In this document: positions 1-9,958 of the stretch, one piece after another
Numbering within the stretch: the stretch's first letter is position 1
Layout: every line of letters starts with the position of its first letter
Source of the DNA: a virus
Length of the DNA stretch: 64,000 nucleotides
Strand: one strand, 5' to 3'
IMG/VR virus record: IMGVR_UViG_3300030109_005647
Span: 32,001 to 96,000 of that record
The notes under the pieces: generated by a model
Databases searched by the model: none
Told to the model about the DNA's origin: nothing
The model's input: only the letters and a program-made list of their open reading frames with translations
Made by a program: the position numbers and the translations under genes

Positions 1-162
1 TTTACCCCCGGTGTAAAGATTAGCATACTCGACCTCCTTGTCGCGTAGATAAGTAGCATAAGACCAAGTTTTGGTACAATTGTCTGTAATTTGTTCGCTA
101 AATGTTCCTTTTCTATAGATTAGGGAACATTTATTTTTTTCGTCGAATGTCTGGAAAAGCAT
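1..162 (-). CDS. 5' part of an unannotated ORF running off the window (hypothetical protein)
   Basis: ATG at 162 directly follows the stop of the 442-aa gene. The frame is open to position 1: MLFQTFDEKNKCSLIYRKGTFSEQITDNCTKTWSYATYLRDKEVEYANLYTGGK. Confidence 0.6.
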   Translation of the reverse strand, partial: MLFQTFDEKNKCSLIYRKGTFSEQITDNCTKTWSYATYLRDKEVEYANLYTGGK

Positions 163-1491
163 TTAGTATCCGCTGGTTGAGCCACCAGTTGTATTATCAA
201 AAAATGAAGATGGGCTGGTGCCGTTAACTTGTTGCTGGGTTAATATACCAGTATTGGTAGGTGCTGTCAAGTAGTTTTTATTTTGGGCTCTCATTTGAGC
301 TAAAAAATCAGATATCGCCACTGTGGTTTGAAATATATCTTTTGATTTTAAATTAGATAACATCCTTCTATATAATTTTATTTTATTTTTATTATTTAAT
401 TTTATGCCCTCTTCTATTAATCTTATATCCAAATATCTTTTTAAAAATTCTTTTTCAGGATATATACTAAGAAATGTGTCATAGTCTATTTGATTGTTGT
501 CTGGAAATTCATTTGGTCTAGCTCTTATTATTCTTTCTGTTTTAAACGTTGATTGTAAAAAATTGTCTTTAATACAATTTTTTTGTATTATCTTTTCTAT
601 TCTTGGTTGAAAATCAATAAAACCTACATATGACAGGTACATGTATTTTTTAAATGAAATATAACTAATATACTCAGCTTGAAAATAACTTAAGTTAAAG
701 TTTTGTACATCATTTCCTATACCGTAGGGAGCCATATATTTTTTAAGCTGTTTTGAATTCAAGTTTGCAACTATTGACCACGGTATGTGCTTGTTGACAT
801 AAAAACCATAAGACGCAGCAATTTTAATATAATCTGTAAAATAATCACTTGAAAGAAAATTATTCCATTTCGGGGCATCGCTACCATACTCACTATCATC
901 AGAAAATTCAATAATTAATCCACTAGTTCTAGAACTACAGTTGACAGATGATAAATAACCTGCTAAGGTATAAGGAAAGACAGGATTGATAAGACAATAT
1001 TGATAAAATTTGTCTGCATACTGCTTAAAGCTAGAGATAGTGTTTTTATCTTTTTTAGATAAAAACATATTAATAAAATTTAGATCGATAGTTTGATTAA
1101 AATATTGATTATATTCACCTATTAAATCTTGATAAGCTTTTTTTGGATTTTCGATATCAATTATTGTTGTCATACAAGTTCTAAAAGAGTCTCTGGCATT
1201 TAATATAAATTGAGTCATTTCATTGTAAGCATCAACAACAAAGTTAATAGCCAACAATTCTTCTTTATCTGTTAAATATTTCAAAGACGTTGGCTTTGGA
1301 TATACATATCTTTGCTTTGTATCGACTTTTCCCCACAATGGTCGACCATACCAAAAATCAATCGGTCTGGATAATCCAGGAGAAACAGGGTAAATGTTTA
1401 TGTTTCTTTGGTAATACTCTCTTTGGTTGAATAAGTAATCCGCTGGTAAATTATTTCTAGCAAAGGGTGCTATGTTTATATCTCTAGGCAT
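163..1491 (-). CDS. hypothetical protein (end of tail/baseplate module)
   Basis: 442-aa ORF preceded by the late motif CTATTTA; no family recognised. Confidence 0.75.
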   Translation of the reverse strand: MPRDINIAPFARNNLPADYLFNQREYYQRNINIYPVSPGLSRPIDFWYGRPLWGKVDTKQRYVYPKPTSLKYLTDKEELLAINFVVDAYNEMTQFILNARDSFRTCMTTIIDIENPKKAYQDLIGEYNQYFNQTIDLNFINMFLSKKDKNTISSFKQYADKFYQYCLINPVFPYTLAGYLSSVNCSSRTSGLIIEFSDDSEYGSDAPKWNNFLSSDYFTDYIKIAASYGFYVNKHIPWSIVANLNSKQLKKYMAPYGIGNDVQNFNLSYFQAEYISYISFKKYMYLSYVGFIDFQPRIEKIIQKNCIKDNFLQSTFKTERIIRARPNEFPDNNQIDYDTFLSIYPEKEFLKRYLDIRLIEEGIKLNNKNKIKLYRRMLSNLKSKDIFQTTVAISDFLAQMRAQNKNYLTAPTNTGILTQQQVNGTSPSSFFDNTTGGSTSGY

Positions 1492-1495
1492 AATA

Positions 1496-1502
1496 TAAAT
1501 AG
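1496..1502 (-). promoter_or_regulatory. late-promoter-like motif CTATTTA
   Basis: Copy of the recurrent motif, 4 nt before the ATG. Confidence 0.55.
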
Positions 1503-1529
1503 AAATATTTTAAAATATTATTCTGGTTC

Positions 1530-4502
1530 TTACGGCTCTGCGGTTGTTCCTGCAGCATACTCAGGATATTGTTTTAATAAAGCTTCTTCTTTTTGTAATT
1601 TTTCTCTTAATTTTTGCTCTGCGAGCTTTTTATTCGCACCCTGCTTTCCTACGCCGGCGGTGCCGGCTGCTATTTGTGCGCGATACAACGCAACTTTTGA
1701 AGAATATACACCAGCTTGCTCATCTTTTGCTTTAAATTCTTGTATCAATCGATTAACTTCTCGCTCTTTGGCTTTTGAATCGCCCGCAGACATTGTTTGT
1801 GCCTTAGCCCTATTAACTTGTCTTTTTGTACTGTATTGTACCCCAGTTACCTTTGTTTCGAAAAAACCTCCGGCGCTATAATAGTGATCGACGCTTTTAA
1901 CTTGATATTGTCCCTCTCCATAAAACCACCCATTTACTTTAGGATCTGTTGCTGTGTTTAATGTTGGAGTAATCACATTAAACCTCATCCCCAATTGAAA
2001 TATAGGTAATCCAACAGTTGTCATTGAAACCTCAAAGATTAGGGGTATCATTTTCTTATCATAATTAAGTTGCTCAAAAACAACTTTTTCAAGATCAGAA
2101 TCTTTTATAGCCTCCAAGCCTATTTTCTTTAGAGCACCTCTATCAACGCCGCCAAAAGTAAAAGTTGGAACAAAATCTGAATCATCTACTATACTTTCTC
2201 CATCAGACTTTCTCTTGGCATATAAAATTAACCCGTGCTTTAAATCGGCATGAGCTTTTGTATTTTTAATTATTTTAAAATTAGGACTTTCACCTGTCAA
2301 TGAAAAAGTAATATTCCCAAGCTGATAAGAGCCGTTAAAATCTGAAACGTTCAACAATCTCCCTTTGTTTATTCTCGCAACCGAAACAAGATTTATTAGT
2401 GATTGCATTATCTCAAATACTGACAATGAGTTTTTTGAAGTTCCATAAAGTTTTTTTGCGAGAATGTATTTAAGATTTTTCAAAGAAATGGGCAAGTCAT
2501 AAATGTCTCTGCTGATCGCCACTCTATCTTTACCTGCGAACAGTGTGATATCAGAAAAAATAAACCTACTTCTTTTTATTGTATTCTCAGCGACTTGTGC
2601 GGCATTAGACGGGTAAACAGTATCAACAAAAGGTGTATTTCTTCGTATGTTGCTGTTTATATTATTATATATTCTATTAAACACCAATCTAACTAAATCT
2701 CCGAACAAAATATAACGCACGGTATAAAAATTACTAAACTCTTTGACTATTTGCTCTATTGTGCCTCCTAAAACTTCTGATGTTTGAGTGGCTAACGATC
2801 TTTGTTTTTGTAGTTCATTTATTTGTTTATCTATTTCTGTAATCTGTTCGTCGACACTACCTTTTTGTTTATTTAACTGCTCGATATTTGCCGCTTTATT
2901 TCTTTCCTCGCTCGCAGAGCCTGTTTTCTTTGATTGTTGTTCTTTTATCTTACCTTGTAATAGTCTTGATTGTCGAGCTATACCCTCTTTTTTAGAGATT
3001 AGCTCCTCTATCTTATATGTGAAATTGCGAATCGCCGTGTTTTTAGCGGTTGTTTCTTGATCGGCTGTTACTGGTTTTTTTCTTGTTTTTTTTGACGCTG
3101 AGTTACCAGGATCTGACAATAAATCTTTTACTGTTCCACCGCTAGATAATATATTATTGTAGTATTCTATTATGGATTTAGCATCGATGGTTATTTCTTT
3201 TATTACACCAGATTTTTGTATTTCAGCAGAAAAGAAAGTTTCTTCTAGTGCCTTAGATATTTGGTCCATCCTCAGATTATCAAACTTAGCCTCTGCTTTT
3301 TGCTTTTCATTATCGTAATCAGCAGTTGCTTTACCAATTAATGAATTTTTTGCGGCTTCAGCAGAATCTATAAATTTTTGTTTTTGCGCTCGTAGTTGCT
3401 CTTGAAGTGCTTTTTCTTTTCTAATAATCACTGAAGCTGCACTCTTTTCGTCTTCACCCACAGATTCTGTGTTCGATGTGGTTATACGTCGCTGTACTTC
3501 CTCTCTATCAACACTTTGTTTTATTTGTTCATCAATTTCTGTTAAGAATTTTTTACCGTGTATTCCTTCTGCACTTCTAGCCTTGGCATAAGTTTCTGCC
3601 GCCTTTATAGCTATATCTCTCTGGGTTTTTGCGTCTTTAACGTTTCTTTCCAAAACAACTGCGGCTGAAGCTAAATCTAAATTCAAGATATCGAAAAGCT
3701 CTCTTGTGCCAAATAAACTTTCCTCTTGACCAAAATATTCAACATCAACAATTGTTTTTGAATTTTCTTCTAGGTTAAGATTTGTTTTTATTAAATTTAA
3801 ACTCAACGAAAAAGCTAAAGCCTCAGAATTTAAAGCATACTTTTCATTTATTTCTTTATTTGAAGTTGAGTATGATATAGTTATTTTAGTAAACCACGGA
3901 CTAACACCAGTTCTACCAGCCGCTCTAAACACCTGGGCATATGTCAAGCTTTCACCAAAAACCGCTTCTGAACCAGGTATTTTATCCGTAAATGTATTCA
4001 AGGAGTCAAATATGAGTTTCACTTTTACATAATATGTTTTACCGAATAATGGCTGTCCAGTGCCGTCCAATCTCATTTCCAACGTTTTTAACCCTACGTT
4101 GTTTGTAGTGTAATACCCTAAGCTACCCAGACCCTTTTGTATGTTGGCAGGACTAGTCAGAGGAATTGATAATTGTAATCCTGGGTCTTTAGCGTTTACC
4201 AAAAATAAATCTATTTTTGGCACCATTTGGGCGTATTCGTTTGGAGTTAATAAGTTTATAAAATTAGAGTTTTTTTCTACCTCTACTTGAATCATACTAT
4301 TAACAGTTTTTAAAAAGTCTTTACTTATTTTTGGTACATTGGGGGCACCTGGACCCGATACATTAGTTGTTGTGTCTATTGCCTTTTCTGATAAAGGAAT
4401 TTCAGAAAAGATATCCAAAAGCATCATTTGTGGATTATTTAAAACCTCTTTATCAAATGTTTTGCCGCTAGTATCGGTATTTTTTTGAATTGGATCTGTC
4501 AT
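1530..4502 (-). CDS. putative baseplate hub protein (gp27/gpD-like) with coiled-coil insertions
   Basis: Follows the LysM/gpX-like gene. C-terminal VSMTTVGLPIFQLGMRF...GQYQVKSVDHYYSAGGFFETKVTG resembles the hub-protein C-terminal barrel. Confidence 0.5.
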   Translation of the reverse strand: MTDPIQKNTDTSGKTFDKEVLNNPQMMLLDIFSEIPLSEKAIDTTTNVSGPGAPNVPKISKDFLKTVNSMIQVEVEKNSNFINLLTPNEYAQMVPKIDLFLVNAKDPGLQLSIPLTSPANIQKGLGSLGYYTTNNVGLKTLEMRLDGTGQPLFGKTYYVKVKLIFDSLNTFTDKIPGSEAVFGESLTYAQVFRAAGRTGVSPWFTKITISYSTSNKEINEKYALNSEALAFSLSLNLIKTNLNLEENSKTIVDVEYFGQEESLFGTRELFDILNLDLASAAVVLERNVKDAKTQRDIAIKAAETYAKARSAEGIHGKKFLTEIDEQIKQSVDREEVQRRITTSNTESVGEDEKSAASVIIRKEKALQEQLRAQKQKFIDSAEAAKNSLIGKATADYDNEKQKAEAKFDNLRMDQISKALEETFFSAEIQKSGVIKEITIDAKSIIEYYNNILSSGGTVKDLLSDPGNSASKKTRKKPVTADQETTAKNTAIRNFTYKIEELISKKEGIARQSRLLQGKIKEQQSKKTGSASEERNKAANIEQLNKQKGSVDEQITEIDKQINELQKQRSLATQTSEVLGGTIEQIVKEFSNFYTVRYILFGDLVRLVFNRIYNNINSNIRRNTPFVDTVYPSNAAQVAENTIKRSRFIFSDITLFAGKDRVAISRDIYDLPISLKNLKYILAKKLYGTSKNSLSVFEIMQSLINLVSVARINKGRLLNVSDFNGSYQLGNITFSLTGESPNFKIIKNTKAHADLKHGLILYAKRKSDGESIVDDSDFVPTFTFGGVDRGALKKIGLEAIKDSDLEKVVFEQLNYDKKMIPLIFEVSMTTVGLPIFQLGMRFNVITPTLNTATDPKVNGWFYGEGQYQVKSVDHYYSAGGFFETKVTGVQYSTKRQVNRAKAQTMSAGDSKAKEREVNRLIQEFKAKDEQAGVYSSKVALYRAQIAAGTAGVGKQGANKKLAEQKLREKLQKEEALLKQYPEYAAGTTAEP

Positions 4503-4509
4503 GCTTTTT

Positions 4510-4851
4510 CTAGTACCCCAAAGCAGATAATATTGATTCTAAGGGAAATGGGATTAAAATATTTTGACCTAATTCCACATCTGTTTCCAAAGGTGTTTTA
4601 TTGAAAGAGGCGATAACCCACCAGTATGTGGGATCTCCGTAATATTTATCTGCTAGTTTGAAAAACCTATCAGATGACTTCCAAGTATGTGTATCTATTT
4701 GTATCCCCAAAAAATCTCTAACTTTTAAATCTTTAAAGCTTTCAAATGAATAGTGAGTAATTGAGTTGACACCGCGATTTGTTAAAACATCTGCGTATTC
4801 TTCACTATTTGTTGTTACGATTGCATTATTTCTATATCGCGATACTGCCAT
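4510..4851 (-). CDS. LysM/tail-X-like baseplate protein
   Basis: HTWKSSDRFFKLADKYYGDPTYWWVIASFN...GQNILIP is a LysM-type motif typical of myophage gpX/gp53-like proteins; AGGAG SD. Confidence 0.8.
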   Translation of the reverse strand: MAVSRYRNNAIVTTNSEEYADVLTNRGVNSITHYSFESFKDLKVRDFLGIQIDTHTWKSSDRFFKLADKYYGDPTYWWVIASFNKTPLETDVELGQNILIPFPLESILSALGY

Positions 4852-4881
4852 TGATTAATTTCTCCTATTTTCTTAATTGTA

Positions 4882-5556
4882 TTATTCTTTTAAGCTAGCA
4901 TAATATTCTACAAATGCTTCTTGAGAGCTTTCTTCATTTAGTCCTGTTCCTAGCGCATTTGCTACATTGTATGCTGTAATTACTTCTTCTGGTTCTGGAC
5001 CAGAAGAATATATAAATTCTCCTTGCGCTGTAAAATCTTTATCGCTGACCCATCCTGGGGTTTGTTTATGTAGCACAACAAAGCCAAGATTTATTTCGTA
5101 CTGTCTCTCATAAAATATACCTTCGTCTGTTCCCATAGCGGTGATGCCGCCGGCACTTCCAGGCTTTACGTCTAAGCTATTTATATACCCTTGCACTGTC
5201 GTGTATAACTTTCCATTTAAAACGGATATTTCAAAAAATGGAGGCGCACTCAACACCTTGCTCCCCCCTTGAGAGTTTACATATTTTGGATACTGGCTTC
5301 TCATAAGATTGTTTACATTATTGTGAAGATCTACAGCCGATTCAAGCTGCTTTCCTCTCGCAACAAAAGAATAGTCTATTTCTCTTGTTACATTGGAGAA
5401 AGTTGCGATCTCGTCCATTTTTCCATACGATGCTTCAGATGCCCATTTTGGATTTAACTTCTGTTGTATAGACAAAGACGCACAACTAAACTTTGAAGAA
5501 AAGCTTCCATTTAAGTGAAGCGGCTTGATGTTTATAACTTGTATCGTACTAGTCAT
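4882..5556 (-). CDS. putative tail tube initiator / baseplate-tube junction protein
   Basis: Lies between tape measure and LysM genes. W..E..YGKMD.I.TF..V.R.I and PP...GYI.SL.V patterns resemble tube-fold initiators. Confidence 0.55.
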   Translation of the reverse strand: MTSTIQVINIKPLHLNGSFSSKFSCASLSIQQKLNPKWASEASYGKMDEIATFSNVTREIDYSFVARGKQLESAVDLHNNVNNLMRSQYPKYVNSQGGSKVLSAPPFFEISVLNGKLYTTVQGYINSLDVKPGSAGGITAMGTDEGIFYERQYEINLGFVVLHKQTPGWVSDKDFTAQGEFIYSSGPEPEEVITAYNVANALGTGLNEESSQEAFVEYYASLKE

Positions 5557-5560
5557 ATAA

Positions 5561-7951
5561 TTAACCTTTAATGCTCATGGTTTCTCTAACTTGCCCTCTA
5601 GCAAGCTCTACTGTTCTTCTATCTAGTCTTTCGTTACCAATATTAATCGTAAACTCAGTCTTTTTCTTATCATCAGATAGTATGTCTTTCATTGCGTTTA
5701 TAGATTCTGCTAGCATTATAAATGCCTCTTGGTTTATAACATTTGATCCGACCATGTTACCTCCAGCAATCATCTCTGGCTCTCTTTCACCAACAACAAT
5801 TGCTTGATTCACATTAGGATTAAATGTTCTTCCTTGCGTTATTGGACCGGCATTCTTAAATCCATAATCTACGTTTCCTTCTCCATATATAGCTTCATTT
5901 ATTTTATGACCTATAAACGCTCCGCCGGCTAAAGCAGCAGTTACACCAAGAGATCCTAACATCCCAATGCCTCCAGCGGCTGTGGTGGCGGCTGCGGTGG
6001 TGGCTGTGGTGCCGGCTGCTGCGGCTACGCCACCGCCAGCAGTCGCTTGGGCTACAGCAGCAGCTTTCGATGCAGCAACAAAGGCAGGAACCTTAGCAAT
6101 AAATGCCTTCATACCACCAAGTAGCCCCTGAGCCCCCATAGCTGCCGAAGATGCTAGAGATGCCGCACGTAGACCTTTAAATAATACAATCGCGCCTTTT
6201 ATTATTGCTAGTGATTTAAAAGCAATAACTAAACTGCCAATAACCGTAACCATACCTCCAAGAAAAAATAAAATTGGAGCTAAGAATATTTTAAGCCTAT
6301 CGAACATTCTAGCAAGCTTATTAATTGCCACTGTTAATGCTTTATTTCCCTCGATAGCTTTTTCTTGAGCAATTCTCTCTAGTTCTTGCCTTTTTGTGTT
6401 ATCTGATGCTTGTTTAGCTAAATCGCCTATACCAGCAGCTTGTCCCTCTATAGCTTTTGTTGCGTCTTCTATGTTTTTAATGTTCTTATCGTTAAATATT
6501 TTTTCTGCCACATCTACGCCTACGCCTAAAGTATTAGCGAATGCTAATCTTTCAAAACGTTTTAGGTCACTAAATGTTCTACCGCTTTGCTCCATGCCTT
6601 TTCTTAGTAACTCAATTCTCTCTTCTTCTGTTGCGTTTAACAATTCCATAGAGTTAAGAAGGGGTCCACCAAGAATAAAGTTTAATTTTCCTGCGCTTTC
6701 CATTGCACCTTCAAATGTATCAAATTTCTTACCAACGGTTAAAAGGTCGTTCATTTCTACACCAGCCCTCTTTGCCACAACAGCCAATTCCTTGAATATT
6801 TCTATGCCTCTTTTACCGCCATGAGTGGCTATAATGTCAAAGTTTTGGTTTAAATCTTCTAGCATCTTGTTTGGACCGACGCCAAGGGCTTGACCGAACT
6901 TTGTTAATTCCGTTGTTGTTCTTATTATTTGATCTGTAGTTTGTCCGCTACCTTGATTTAAATTTCTAAATGCTCCCGCAAGAGTTGTTGTGTTGACGCC
7001 AAATCTCTCTAGTGTTGCTGCTTGTCTAGTTAGCTCTGATCTTTGACCCGCTGACAAATTAGTAAAGTTTTGAAAGTTATCTGTCAACCCTCTGTAGGCT
7101 TGATTGGTTTCTGCGGCTGTAAAGTTAAGATCTAGAAACTGACCCTGTAAGTTTTCAACTTCTTGCCCAAATTTTTGTAACTGACCTGTTTCTCTTACAA
7201 ATGCTATATCTGTCTCTCTCAGGCTCGTCAGTGTGCTTTGTGCGCCATAAGAAAGCTGTTTAAAATTATCACCTAACTTTTTAGCCCCGGCTTTTAATGC
7301 GTCCATTGCTCTTTGTGCTAGTGCGACCGGTGTTAAAACTTCTTTTGCCGCCATTCCAGCCGACTCTAAAGCACCACTGAAGCCTCTACCTTCTACTAAA
7401 CTTTTTGCTATAATGTCAGTGACACTTCCAGCGGTTTCTTTTACGCCTGTTAGTTGGGTTATTTGATTTTTAAATATATCTCTACTGTCCGCATTGAAGT
7501 CTGCGGCATCAGATGTTATCTTTAATATTCTTTGAAGTTCTTCGCGCTGTTTTTTAAGATTAGCTGCGTTTGCTTGTGTTGTTCCGGTTAGTTTTAACTC
7601 ATTGTTAACTTTTTGAAGAGCCACTTTAGCACTTTCTTCTTCGCTCTTAAAACCGAGGTCACGGGCATCTCTAATTTTTTCTGCTAGCTCTACTTGTTTG
7701 TCTAGTAATTCTATTTTTTTAACTGTGGCGTCAAGCGCAGCTTGTTCAACAGCTTGTTGCTTCTCTATCTCAGTTAAGAACTCGACTTGTTTACCAAAAG
7801 TTTTATTTAAAGCGTCTTCTACCTTTTGACCTTCTATCTTTAACTTTAATATTTCTGAAAGAGTTTTTTTCTGTTCTATTAGTAGATCATTGAATTCTTC
7901 TAGATTATCTATATCGTTTTGTGTTGGGTTATTGCCGCCACCGTCAGCCAT
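5561..7951 (-). CDS. tape measure protein
   Basis: 796 aa, helical, Ala/Gly/Lys-rich with hydrophobic segments; downstream of tube and chaperone genes. Confidence 0.8.
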   Translation of the reverse strand: MADGGGNNPTQNDIDNLEEFNDLLIEQKKTLSEILKLKIEGQKVEDALNKTFGKQVEFLTEIEKQQAVEQAALDATVKKIELLDKQVELAEKIRDARDLGFKSEEESAKVALQKVNNELKLTGTTQANAANLKKQREELQRILKITSDAADFNADSRDIFKNQITQLTGVKETAGSVTDIIAKSLVEGRGFSGALESAGMAAKEVLTPVALAQRAMDALKAGAKKLGDNFKQLSYGAQSTLTSLRETDIAFVRETGQLQKFGQEVENLQGQFLDLNFTAAETNQAYRGLTDNFQNFTNLSAGQRSELTRQAATLERFGVNTTTLAGAFRNLNQGSGQTTDQIIRTTTELTKFGQALGVGPNKMLEDLNQNFDIIATHGGKRGIEIFKELAVVAKRAGVEMNDLLTVGKKFDTFEGAMESAGKLNFILGGPLLNSMELLNATEEERIELLRKGMEQSGRTFSDLKRFERLAFANTLGVGVDVAEKIFNDKNIKNIEDATKAIEGQAAGIGDLAKQASDNTKRQELERIAQEKAIEGNKALTVAINKLARMFDRLKIFLAPILFFLGGMVTVIGSLVIAFKSLAIIKGAIVLFKGLRAASLASSAAMGAQGLLGGMKAFIAKVPAFVAASKAAAVAQATAGGGVAAAAGTTATTAAATTAAGGIGMLGSLGVTAALAGGAFIGHKINEAIYGEGNVDYGFKNAGPITQGRTFNPNVNQAIVVGEREPEMIAGGNMVGSNVINQEAFIMLAESINAMKDILSDDKKKTEFTINIGNERLDRRTVELARGQVRETMSIKG

Positions 7952-7961
7952 ACTCTACTCC

Positions 7962-8285
7962 CTACTTTAGCGGCCATTTAATGCCAGTTTCTTTTTCAAA
8001 TTTTTCAACCGCTTTATCCAAACGATATCTATTGTTTAAAACACCTGGATCATTAAGACCGTGCTTTAAATAAGAATCCATATATGCTTTTTCCGAAGCT
8101 AGCGCAGCGCCGAATGCCATTACATCTGGTCTGTTCCCCCTTATTTGAAAGGCTCTCAAGCTTTGTCCTGGCTCTGCAAACATATAATAAAGCATTTGTT
8201 TTACTTTCGCACCAAAAGAAATAAGAGAGGCTTCTTCTTTTAGAAGCTTGGCATCGTTGAGATCTATAGTAATGGTTTCTTTCAT
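7962..8285 (-). CDS. hypothetical protein
   Basis: 107-aa ORF filling the gap; late motif 5 nt upstream of the ATG. Confidence 0.7.
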   Translation of the reverse strand: MKETITIDLNDAKLLKEEASLISFGAKVKQMLYYMFAEPGQSLRAFQIRGNRPDVMAFGAALASEKAYMDSYLKHGLNDPGVLNNRYRLDKAVEKFEKETGIKWPLK

Positions 8286-8290
8286 AAAAA

Positions 8291-8298
8291 TAATTAGT
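8291..8298 (-). promoter_or_regulatory. late-promoter-like motif ACTAATTA
   Basis: Copy of the recurrent motif, 5 nt before the ATG. Confidence 0.55.
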
Positions 8299-8306
8299 TT
8301 TAATAA

Positions 8307-8534
8307 TCAAAAAGTGCTACTAGGCGGCAGATAATTGGTTGGTTGCGTGGCTTCTTCTGTTTTTTCTCTCTCATCTTCTTTATGATCGATTAACAGTTGA
8401 ACATACCAGTCTCTTAAGCCAATGGGTAGGCTATACAATTCAAACAAGCTCCATCCTCCATAATATTTCATATAGAAGAAGTTCTTGTATATATTTTGCA
8501 TATACTTAGGACTTAAGCCAAAAAAATTCCGCAT
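8307..8534 (-). CDS. small tail/baseplate assembly chaperone partner (possibly a frameshift extension)
   Basis: FFYMKYYGGWSLFELYSLPIGLRDWYVQLL resembles the short chaperone ORFs found just before tape measure genes; overlaps the upstream ORF across a T7 run. Confidence 0.65.
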   Translation of the reverse strand: MRNFFGLSPKYMQNIYKNFFYMKYYGGWSLFELYSLPIGLRDWYVQLLIDHKEDEREKTEEATQPTNYLPPSSTF

Positions 8535-9345
8535 TAAGCGGAACCTCCACTACGCCCTCGTGATCACAATGCGAACACTCAAAGTGGCAGCTAAAATCGA
8601 TCCCCGGTGTCATTCTGGAATACGCGGCTCTTAAATATCGACTGTCAACCGCAGTCATTGAATCGATGTAGGACCTGATATATATTGGATCTGAATTTCC
8701 GTTAACAGATCTAATAATCTTTCTGTATAGACTAGTAATGGCGCCAAGTTTACTTTTTTTAGATTTCTTTTTGTCTTCTTGCGTGTCAAATATTAAGGCA
8801 AGTTGCAATTTTGTTTGAGTTCGGGGTATAATAAAATTTATTACTTTTTTATCATAATCCACTGACGCATCGAATTCTTCGACCTGAGACATAAAATCTT
8901 TGTTGTCAATATCTTCTAAATCAAAAGTATATTCTTGTTTTGTTCCGCAAGATGGACAATTAAAACTTGTCTCGTAATCTGCACCATAGCCGTGCTTACG
9001 ACAAGCAATCGTTAGCGCGTCCTTATCACCGACAATCATATCTCTAACTTTGACGCCCGGTGTCACTATCACTGACTGCAATAGCCGGTCAATCACGGTG
9101 CCATTTTTGATAAAAGACTGGTTTGTTAAAATATCTTCCTCTTTCGTGGTCATATGTTTAATCTCTATTGAATCTTTTTCATACAAAGGATGCCCTTCAT
9201 CATAGAATAAACCTTTGCTTGGTAGCTCAACAACCTCAACTGGGGCGATAAAATCCAGTTGATTTGTGACCTGTGGCGGCTCGTGGCTTTGAGGTACGGG
9301 TGCTTCAGGGGCACCAACACCTAAACGATCTTGATTGTTTCTCAT
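8506..9345 (-). CDS. baseplate hub / tail assembly chaperone (T4 gp26-like)
   Basis: VELPSKGLFY, MTTKEEDILT, two CxxC motifs (CPSC, CSHC) and a terminal EFFW; strong AGGAGG SD. Confidence 0.7.
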   Translation of the reverse strand: MRNNQDRLGVGAPEAPVPQSHEPPQVTNQLDFIAPVEVVELPSKGLFYDEGHPLYEKDSIEIKHMTTKEEDILTNQSFIKNGTVIDRLLQSVIVTPGVKVRDMIVGDKDALTIACRKHGYGADYETSFNCPSCGTKQEYTFDLEDIDNKDFMSQVEEFDASVDYDKKVINFIIPRTQTKLQLALIFDTQEDKKKSKKSKLGAITSLYRKIIRSVNGNSDPIYIRSYIDSMTAVDSRYLRAAYSRMTPGIDFSCHFECSHCDHEGVVEVPLNAEFFWLKS

Positions 9346-9363
9346 TTTTCCTCCTGTCGGAAA

Positions 9364-9948
9364 TTAGTTTGTTGGGTTTAATTTTTCATACTCAGCACTA
9401 ACATATTGTACACCCATTGTAACATACATTACCGAAGAATTTTCATAATTTAATTCTTCACCAAAATCTATGTTGGTTGGCTGTGCGTCTATCAAAGACC
9501 ACCTTTCAAATGATTTACCTTCAGCGTTAATATGCTCTAAAGTAATAGTCATGGTGTCTGCTTTGTGTAAGTTTTGAAATAACTTACCAAGATTAGTCAC
9601 TGTTTGATTTGGCTCATACCCTAAAGATAAAAGCCACCTGTATATATTAGAAGATGCATTGTAAACTTCGCTCTCAACATCAACCATGCGAATTTGTATA
9701 TCTTCCCACATGTAATTTTTAATGATGTTGCTCGTCTCAGAAGTAAAATTACCTAAAATTATATCGGCTTCGAATTTTAATTTTGGCTTAGTAAAACTAG
9801 AGACAAGAAACGTTGCTGGTCCTAAATCTGTTTGTGGGATGTTATTTAAGCCGGATGAGTTTAAGTTTACATACCCGAGCCACCGAAAGCTTCGTTTCGG
9901 CTCAAGTAAACTATTCCCTTCTGTGCTATTTGCTGACCAAAAAGCCAT
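9364..9948 (-). CDS. tail tube protein, second paralog (gp19-like)
   Basis: MAFW...EPKRSFRW, ERWSLIDAQPTNIDFGEELNYE; tandem with the first tube gene. Confidence 0.75.
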   Translation of the reverse strand: MAFWSANSTEGNSLLEPKRSFRWLGYVNLNSSGLNNIPQTDLGPATFLVSSFTKPKLKFEADIILGNFTSETSNIIKNYMWEDIQIRMVDVESEVYNASSNIYRWLLSLGYEPNQTVTNLGKLFQNLHKADTMTITLEHINAEGKSFERWSLIDAQPTNIDFGEELNYENSSVMYVTMGVQYVSAEYEKLNPTN

Positions 9949-9958
9949 GATGCCTCAC

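Noticed and set aside
24-56. Late motif CTACTTA plus AAGGAGG and ATG near the window start
   Set aside because: They lie inside the open frame starting at 162 and the ATG is out of frame with it; this cannot be evaluated at the window edge.
5930-6160. GC-rich low-complexity stretch in the tape measure gene, and similar ones in the portal tail (about 24240-24350) and scaffold
   Set aside because: Explained by Ala/Gly/Thr- or Glu/Asp-rich protein linkers; not independent DNA repeats.
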